Source: Alphaproteobacteria bacterium | GTDB lineage: Bacteria; Pseudomonadota; Alphaproteobacteria; GM7ARS4; G965262615 | Direction: 5' to 3' | DNA length: 64,000 bases | Assembly (NCBI GenBank): GCA_965262615.1 | Contig: OZ253545.1 | Coordinates: 160,001-224,000 of the forward strand | Shown: positions 58,364 through 64,000 of the stretch, in pieces | Numbering within the stretch: the stretch's first letter is position 1 | Layout: the number at the start of each line of letters is the position of its first letter | Made by a program: the position numbers and the translations under genes | The notes under the pieces: generated by a model | What the model saw: only the letters and a program-made list of their open reading frames with translations | What the model was told of the DNA's origin: nothing | The model's database searches: none

Positions 58364-59419
58364 TTACTCACCCGCCTGCTCGCGCTGCTTGAGCTGCTGC
58401 AACCAACGCAACACCGCCGCCACCGCCTCAATCAAATGGGTGGGGATGTAGTGGTCCACGGGAACTTCATCATAGAGCGCATGGGCAAGCGGAACATTAC
58501 GCATCACGGGAATGCCCTCTTGCTCCGCCGTCTTGATGATGAGGCGCGCCAGATGCTCCTCCCCCTTCGCCATCACCACTGGCAATTTGCCGGACTCCTT
58601 ATCATAAAACAACGCCACCGCCCGATGGGTGGGATTGGTCACAATCACCGAAGCTTTTTTGACTTTTTGCGTCATGTCATTCATCGCCATCTCTTGAGCC
58701 ATCTGTCGCCGCTTGGATTTAATCACGGGGTCGCCCTCCATCTCTTTGAACTCACGCTTGACCTCATCCTTCGTCATCATCAAATCCTTCGTGTGCAACT
58801 TGCGCTTGATGATGATGTCCGCCGCGCCCACAATCACAAAACACAAACACGCATAAAACATCAGTAACCAATAGGAATCAAACAGCACACTCTGAACGCA
58901 TCGCATTCCGCACGATGGCGCAATGAGTAGAACGGGCAGGAGGTGGTCTATCACCTTGTAGAGAAGCACCGTCATGAACACCACCTTGAAAACATTCATC
59001 ACAAACTCCAGCAACTTGCGCTTGCCAAACATGTTCTTGCCATTCTCAACCGGATTCAAACGCTTGATATCCATCTTGACCGCTTTGGGAGCAAACACGG
59101 GTCCCGTTTGTCCGATGTAGGCAAGCAACGCAACCACAAACACAACCCCCAACAACGGCAGCAACAAATGACTCATCATCTGCACAATGGCGTGCTGCAA
59201 AATAATCAAAGCCGTCTGCTGCGATGACATGATGGCTTGCACCACCTCATCAATGGTGAGCTCAAAGGTTTCATGAAACACGCCCACTCTTTGCAATAAA
59301 AAAGCCGACACCGCCACCAACAACACCGCCGAGGCAAAGTCTTTGCTGATGGCGACCTGTCCTTTTTCACGAGCTTCGCGAATCTTCTTGGGCGTTGGCT
59401 GTTCGGTTTTTTCAGCCAT
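58364..59419 (-). CDS. sctU: T3SS export switch protein SctU (YscU/EscU)
   Basis: EKTEQPTPKKIREAREKGQV, DEVKREFKEMEGDP.IK, NPTH autocleavage site and NVPLA. Confidence 0.9.
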   Translation of the reverse strand: MAEKTEQPTPKKIREAREKGQVAISKDFASAVLLVAVSAFLLQRVGVFHETFELTIDEVVQAIMSSQQTALIILQHAIVQMMSHLLLPLLGVVFVVALLAYIGQTGPVFAPKAVKMDIKRLNPVENGKNMFGKRKLLEFVMNVFKVVFMTVLLYKVIDHLLPVLLIAPSCGMRCVQSVLFDSYWLLMFYACLCFVIVGAADIIIKRKLHTKDLMMTKDEVKREFKEMEGDPVIKSKRRQMAQEMAMNDMTQKVKKASVIVTNPTHRAVALFYDKESGKLPVVMAKGEEHLARLIIKTAEQEGIPVMRNVPLAHALYDEVPVDHYIPTHLIEAVAAVLRWLQQLKQREQAGE

Positions 59420-60212
59420 CCTGATAGTCCTCTTGTTGCACGGCATCCATGATGTCTCGCATGATGCGCTCCATTTCAAACAATTCATCGCGCAGGTAGG
59501 GCATCACGGTGGACACATACACCCCCAGCATGAAAATGGCGATGCCACTCTTGATGGAAAACGCTATGTTAAAAACATTCAATTGCGGCGCAAAACGACT
59601 GATTAACGCCAGAGACCATTCGGCAAGCATCATGACAATAATCACTGGCGCGGCAATGCGCACCGCCGTGTGAAGCAGAAAATCCAGCATGGACAAAAAG
59701 TAACCGCTTTTTTCCAAAGGAAAAGTGGGATAAAACGAATCAAAACGCCAAATCTCATAGCTGAGGGCAAGAGATGTCAGCAGCAGATGCAAGCCGCCAC
59801 TGATGATGAAATACACCATGAACACATGCAAAAGCATCATGCCGATGGGTGAGGATTGCGAGCCGGTCAATGGGTCAAGGGAGGATGCGATGGTTGCGCC
59901 TCGCTGGTTGTCAATAAAGACTCCCACCGCCTGCACCGCCCAAAAAATCGTGGCAACCCCCATGCCCAACAAAAATCCCAGCAAATACTCCTTCGCCACC
60001 AGCCCGGCAATGTGCCAATGACTCACATCAGCATGGGGGGCGGTGTGATAAAAGGAAACAATGAACGGCATCGCCAAAGCCACAATCACCGCCGTGCGCA
60101 CAGTGCCACTGATGGTGGAGGACGCAAAAATAGGAACAATAGAAAAAAATCCCATCAAGCGCGCCGATGCCAAAAACAAATGCGAGATAAAAACAACCAG
60201 ACTCTGTTCCAT
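59412..60212 (-). CDS. sctT: T3SS export gate SctT (YscT)
   Basis: KE.LLG, IDNQRGAT.AS..DP and SRFAPQLNVF. Confidence 0.9.
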   Translation of the reverse strand: MEQSLVVFISHLFLASARLMGFFSIVPIFASSTISGTVRTAVIVALAMPFIVSFYHTAPHADVSHWHIAGLVAKEYLLGFLLGMGVATIFWAVQAVGVFIDNQRGATIASSLDPLTGSQSSPIGMMLLHVFMVYFIISGGLHLLLTSLALSYEIWRFDSFYPTFPLEKSGYFLSMLDFLLHTAVRIAAPVIIVMMLAEWSLALISRFAPQLNVFNIAFSIKSGIAIFMLGVYVSTVMPYLRDELFEMERIMRDIMDAVQQEDYQDG

Positions 60213-60218
60213 ACCGCC

Positions 60219-60491
60219 TCAACGATTTTGCACGGTGGGAATGGCATCAAAGGAGTGAATGGCGAATTGATAGAGCTCTGAGCCAATGTTGCTGGCAGTG
60301 GCATAGATGGCAAAACTCACAGCAATCAATTTGACGGCAAAGGAAAGCGTTTGTTCCTGAATTTGCGTGAGTGCCTGCACCAGACTGAACGCCACCCCCA
60401 CCACCGCCGCCACAATAATGGGAGGCATTGATAAATGAAGCACCAACAACAAAATGGCAGATGTCTGTTCGGTGAGATGATGAGCATCCAT
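60219..60491 (-). CDS. sctS: T3SS export gate SctS (YscS)
   Basis: SMPPIIVA and SLVQALTQIQEQTLSFAVKLIAV. Confidence 0.92.
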   Translation of the reverse strand: MDAHHLTEQTSAILLLVLHLSMPPIIVAAVVGVAFSLVQALTQIQEQTLSFAVKLIAVSFAIYATASNIGSELYQFAIHSFDAIPTVQNR

Positions 60492-61189
60492 TATGCTGGG
60501 ACTCCGTAGGTCAAAATGAGCCCTTCAATGAGTCTGCGCCAGCCGTCAATGATGACAAAAAGCAGCAGTTTAAGAGGCAGAGAGATGGTCATGGGTGACA
60601 TCATCATCATGCCCATCGCCAGCAGGATGTTGGAGACCACCAAATCAACGGCGATAAAGGGCAGATAAAGCAAAAACCCGATTTCAAAGGCTTCGGTCAA
60701 TTCGGTGAGCATAAACGCAGGGATGAGAATACTAAAGGGAGGCTCGCCCGTTGGGTTGTCTTGAGGAATCAGTTGTTCGAACTCATGGGTGGTTTTGTCT
60801 CTGTACACCTCCCAGATGTTTTTGCTGAGGTTTTGAAAAAATTCAATGTCCTGAGTGCTGGCGTGCAGAAACAGAAAATGACGAAAGGGCTGACTGGCTT
60901 TTTCTAAAAAAGCGATGGCATCGGGGAGGTCTTGCGGCAGAGGGTCGTGCTGCACCAATGCCAACGCATCAAGAAAGACGGGTGTCATCACATAGAGGGT
61001 GAGGATGAAGGCGAAGGCGTACAGTGCCATGTTGGGCGGGATTTGTTGGACACCCAAAGCGTTACGCACCAATGATAAAACCACGGCGATTTTGACAAAG
61101 GAAGTGGTCATGAGAGCCAAGACTGGCAACAACGAAAAAGCGATCAAAAGGACAAAGAGCGGCCCCGTCGCGGGCAATCCTGTGGTCAT
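60491..61189 (-). CDS. sctR: T3SS export gate SctR (YscR)
   Basis: TSFVKIAVV.SLVRNALGVQQIPPNMALY, FEIGFLLYLPF and LLAMGMMMMSP.TISLP.KLLLF. Confidence 0.93.
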   Translation of the reverse strand: MTTGLPATGPLFVLLIAFSLLPVLALMTTSFVKIAVVLSLVRNALGVQQIPPNMALYAFAFILTLYVMTPVFLDALALVQHDPLPQDLPDAIAFLEKASQPFRHFLFLHASTQDIEFFQNLSKNIWEVYRDKTTHEFEQLIPQDNPTGEPPFSILIPAFMLTELTEAFEIGFLLYLPFIAVDLVVSNILLAMGMMMMSPMTISLPLKLLLFVIIDGWRRLIEGLILTYGVPA

Positions 61190-61575
61190 GATGATTTTGC
61201 CTGTGGAGCGGAAACATCAATGATTTTAATGGCGAGTTCATCATGCTCCAAACGCACCAGTTGCACGGTGGCAATGATGTGGTCATGATTGCGCAGCCGC
61301 AAAACGATTGGTGATTTTTGATGATGCGGCAAGGGAATCATCATTCCTGTGACGAGGCGGCGAATTTCTCCCACGGTGCTTTGCCAGCGCGCCACCTCGC
61401 ATGAGACCGTCACGGGTAGTGATTGAATGGTGTGTTGGTCAAACAGCTGCTGAGGCGACAGAGAGTCGGATTCGTCCTCACTGTCATCATCTTGTGAAAC
61501 TTCATCGGTCTCTTGTGTCCACTTATCATCATCTTGAGTAAGTGAGTCACCTTTCTCGGTTTCTTTGTCCATCAT
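61186..61575 (-). CDS. Short SctQ-C/FliN-like SPOA-domain protein
   Basis: LPVTVSCEV...TVGEIRRL..G..I.L...LV....LAIKI; acidic N-terminus; directly upstream of sctR. Confidence 0.65.
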   Translation of the reverse strand: MMDKETEKGDSLTQDDDKWTQETDEVSQDDDSEDESDSLSPQQLFDQHTIQSLPVTVSCEVARWQSTVGEIRRLVTGMMIPLPHHQKSPIVLRLRNHDHIIATVQLVRLEHDELAIKIIDVSAPQAKSS

Positions 61576-61621
61576 CCCCCCTTCATGTCCTCTTTATGAG
61601 TGACAAAAGGGAGCAAAGAGT

Positions 61622-62398
61622 TCAATAAATAAACTGCTCGGCGATGATGCGTTCCTCCAGCGATTGTGCGGGGTCAAAAAGAAGCGTCATTCCGATGTCT
61701 CGCTGTTCGCAAATGTGAATGTGGGCGACATTTCGCACTTCGGTTCGGTCGGCGGTGGCGGAGACGGGCCTTCGGCGATGCTCCCTGACGGCAAGGGATA
61801 TGGTTGAGTGGCGCGGCAGCAATGCGCCGCGCCAACGGCGCGGACGAAAAACATTGATGGGTGTCAGTGCCAAAAGATTGGCATTGAGAGGAATGATGGG
61901 ACCATGAGCGGAATAGTTATAAGCGGAGCTGCCGGCAGCGGTGGCGAGCAGCAGTCCATCGCCGATGCACTCCTCCAGTCGACAGATTCCATCCACCGAG
62001 ATGGTGATATGTGCCGATTGGCGAGTCTGACGCAAAAGAGAGATTTCATTGAATGCCAAAGCGGTGCGCTCTTTTCCTTGATCATTGATGGCGGTCATGG
62101 CGATGGGATGAAGGCGCACGGCGGCGGCTTTGCCTATGCGCTCGGGCAAATTCTCAGTGCGATAGGGATTGGTGAGAAAGCCAATGCGTCCCCTGTGCAT
62201 GCCATAGATGGGAACATCTCGTTTGAGACACTGATGAAGGGTGCGTAAAATTGTGCCATCGCCGCCCAAAGCCACCACCACCTCGGCATCTTGCAAGGAT
62301 ACCTGTCCGTAAGTGGCGGTGAGATCGCCAAGAGCTTTGCGCGCCTCGGGCGCACGACTGGCAACAAAACGAATGGAGAGATGAGACGATTCACTCAT
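61622..62398 (-). CDS. nadK: NAD kinase
   Basis: LGGDGT.L, G.IGFL.N, NE, GDG...T.AGS.AY..SA.GP. Confidence 0.94.
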   Translation of the reverse strand: MSESSHLSIRFVASRAPEARKALGDLTATYGQVSLQDAEVVVALGGDGTILRTLHQCLKRDVPIYGMHRGRIGFLTNPYRTENLPERIGKAAAVRLHPIAMTAINDQGKERTALAFNEISLLRQTRQSAHITISVDGICRLEECIGDGLLLATAAGSSAYNYSAHGPIIPLNANLLALTPINVFRPRRWRGALLPRHSTISLAVREHRRRPVSATADRTEVRNVAHIHICEQRDIGMTLLFDPAQSLEERIIAEQFIY

Positions 62399-62573
62399 GA
62401 TGACATGATAATGTGATATGATCTTTTAATAAAGCTTCGCATTTTATGACACTATTTCAGCTATTGACTTTTATCTCAATTATGCCTTATATGAAGGTAT
62501 CTTTGTCGTTGCTTCGCGTTCCTTCGTTGTGAAGCAACTTTTCCGCATACGAAGGATTGTAAGGATGGAACAC

Positions 62574-62780
62574 ATGATGATGCGTTTCTTTGCTGAAAAG
62601 CTTCGCCAGTTGGGCAAAAGTCGTGCTGGTTTGTCGTTGGTTGAATATGCCCTCGTGGGTGCGTTGGTGTCTGTTGCCGCCATTGCCACATTGACCACAT
62701 TGGGTGAAGAAGTCAGTGGCACGATTGAAAATCTTGGCACCGCCATGACCAACGCCAAAAACAAAGTCCCCACTTCCTAA
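62574..62780 (+). CDS. Flp/Fap type IVc pilin, copy 1
   Basis: G|LSLVEYAL prepilin cleavage site with E5-Y6; start may be 62565. Confidence 0.9.
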   Translation: MMMRFFAEKLRQLGKSRAGLSLVEYALVGALVSVAAIATLTTLGEEVSGTIENLGTAMTNAKNKVPTS

Positions 62781-62812
62781 GACTTTGATTATAAGGTGGC
62801 GAAACAACGAAT

Positions 62813-62852
62813 AACACCCCCCGTGCCTCACGCATTGTGGGGGTGTTTTTCT
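62813..62852 (+). terminator. Intrinsic terminator after pilin 1
   Basis: AACACCCC...GGGGTGTT followed by a T tract. Confidence 0.75.
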
Positions 62853-62941
62853 AAATGACGCACACCATAAGTATGGCGGTTCTATGTGTCCTAGTCGTTG
62901 GTAACCATATGCGGACATTGCTTCACAACGAAAGATTACAC

Positions 62942-63148
62942 ATGACTATGTGCTTCTTTGCTGAAAAGCTTCGCCAGTTGGGCAAGAACCGTTTTGGTTT
63001 GTCGTTGGTTGAGTATGCCCTTGTGGCTGGATTGGTGTCTGCTTTTGCCATCACCACATTGACCGTATTGGGTGAAGAAGTCAGTGGCGCGATTGGCAAT
63101 ATTGGCACTGCCATGACCAACGCCAAAAACAAAGTGCCGACTTCCTGA
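62942..63148 (+). CDS. Flp/Fap type IVc pilin, copy 2
   Basis: Near-duplicate of copy 1, G|LSLVEYAL. Confidence 0.9.
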   Translation: MTMCFFAEKLRQLGKNRFGLSLVEYALVAGLVSAFAITTLTVLGEEVSGAIGNIGTAMTNAKNKVPTS

Positions 63149-63183
63149 GGCTTTGTCACAAGTTGTGACTTCATGTCACGAAT

Positions 63184-63222
63184 AACGCCCCCCGTGTTTC
63201 ACGCGTCGTGGGGGCGTTTTCT
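63184..63222 (+). terminator. Intrinsic terminator after pilin 2
   Basis: AACGCCCC...GGGGCGTT; compensatory A-T to G-C change relative to copy 1. Confidence 0.78.
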
Positions 63223-63224
63223 GT

Positions 63225-64000
63225 CTAACCCCCTGTCACACTCATATGACGCGGCATTGCTCCTGTCATGGCAAGGGTGTCATTTTTTTGACACGATGTG
63301 ACGGCAAAATCATGGCCTTCGGGCTTGATGGTCATGGCGGCAATGATGGCATCTTTTGTGGCTTTCTCTCCGTGTGTTCGCAATATGGTTCGCAAATCCA
63401 CATGGTGGTCTTGTCCCAGACACAAATAGATTCTGCCTGTGGCGGTCACCCTGACTCGGTTGCAATCATGACAAAAATTGCCCGTCAGCGGCGTGATCCA
63501 TCCCAGACGCACATCCACGCCATCCCCCCGCACACGAGTGTAGCGAGCAGGACCGCCCGTGCGCTCAGACAATGAGGTCACCTCATAGCGTTGCCGCACC
63601 TGTCCCTCAATTGCGTCCAATGGCACATAGTGAAGGGCGCGAGCGTATCCTGTTTCTGCCATGGGCATGAGCTCAATGAGAGTCACATCATAGCCATTGT
63701 CACTGCACCATTGCATCATGTCGTGAAGATCGGCGGGGTCGTCATTGATATCCTTGAGAGCCACGCGATTGATTTTAATCGCCAGCCCCGCTTTTTTCGC
63801 TGTTTGCAATCCATCAAAAAGCTGCGTGATGTCACCGCCGCGCGTGACACGATGAAATGTGCTTGGGTTGAGTGTATCCAATGAGACATTGATACGGCGC
63901 ACCCCCGCCCGTGCCAACAATGATGCATAGCGATTCAAAGCCATGCCATTGGTGGTAAGGGTCAGTTCGGCAAGTTGGGGCAGTTTTCCCATAGAGGATA
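63225..64000 (-). CDS. moaA: GTP 3',8-cyclase MoaA (5' end outside window)
   Basis: TTNG, RINVSLDTL, FC..CNRVR...G....CL and RHMSVTGG. Confidence 0.95.
   Translation of the reverse strand, partial: SSMGKLPQLAELTLTTNGMALNRYASLLARAGVRRINVSLDTLNPSTFHRVTRGGDITQLFDGLQTAKKAGLAIKINRVALKDINDDPADLHDMMQWCSDNGYDVTLIELMPMAETGYARALHYVPLDAIEGQVRQRYEVTSLSERTGGPARYTRVRGDGVDVRLGWITPLTGNFCHDCNRVRVTATGRIYLCLGQDHHVDLRTILRTHGEKATKDAIIAAMTIKPEGHDFAVTSCQKNDTLAMTGAMPRHMSVTGG

Noticed and set aside
58364-61189. Flagellar fliP-fliQ-fliR-flhB assignment
   Set aside because: Motifs match YscR/S/T/U better, there is no FliP signal extension, and no other flagellar genes are adjacent
62400-62570. CtrA boxes upstream of the pilin, as in Caulobacter pilA
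   Set aside because: No TTAA-N7-TTAA found

Overview
Tightly packed core-genome segment of an alphaproteobacterium, judged from the gene orders ilvE/OmpR-EnvZ, metX-metW/hisC-tyrC, proS-lolC-lolD, nadE-gltX-cysS-cimA-trmJ-rpsD and a DUF1013 gene. About 55 housekeeping genes and two tRNAs (Gly-GCC, Arg-ACG) are interrupted by several accessory elements. (1) A tandem hicB-hicA array (4 hicB, 3 hicA; 17.0-21.5 kb) with two highly divergent SeqA-like genes inserted at the same point, right after hicB. (2) A triplicated small-protein (DUF5678-like) + retropepsin-like aspartyl protease module (54.5-57.1 kb), with one intact, one C-terminally truncated and one catalytically substituted (DTG->HTG) protease, next to a further hicBA-like pair. 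(3) A stand-alone non-flagellar type III secretion export cluster, sctQRSTU, between cyaY and nadK. (4) An orphan 530-aa effector-like protein ending in a PDZ-ligand-like ETRL. (5) A ~21% Met secreted protein with three FVPWY motifs. (6) Tandem Flp pilins and an AT-rich orphan PD-(D/E)XK nuclease. There are also recurrent short tandem duplications in ddpX, rnd, galU and folE, a cimA gene with an AT-rich 3' third, and apparent TCGA depletion. All calls are by eye from motifs and synteny; no database searches were run. No CRISPR array, rRNA, integrase or transposase was seen.
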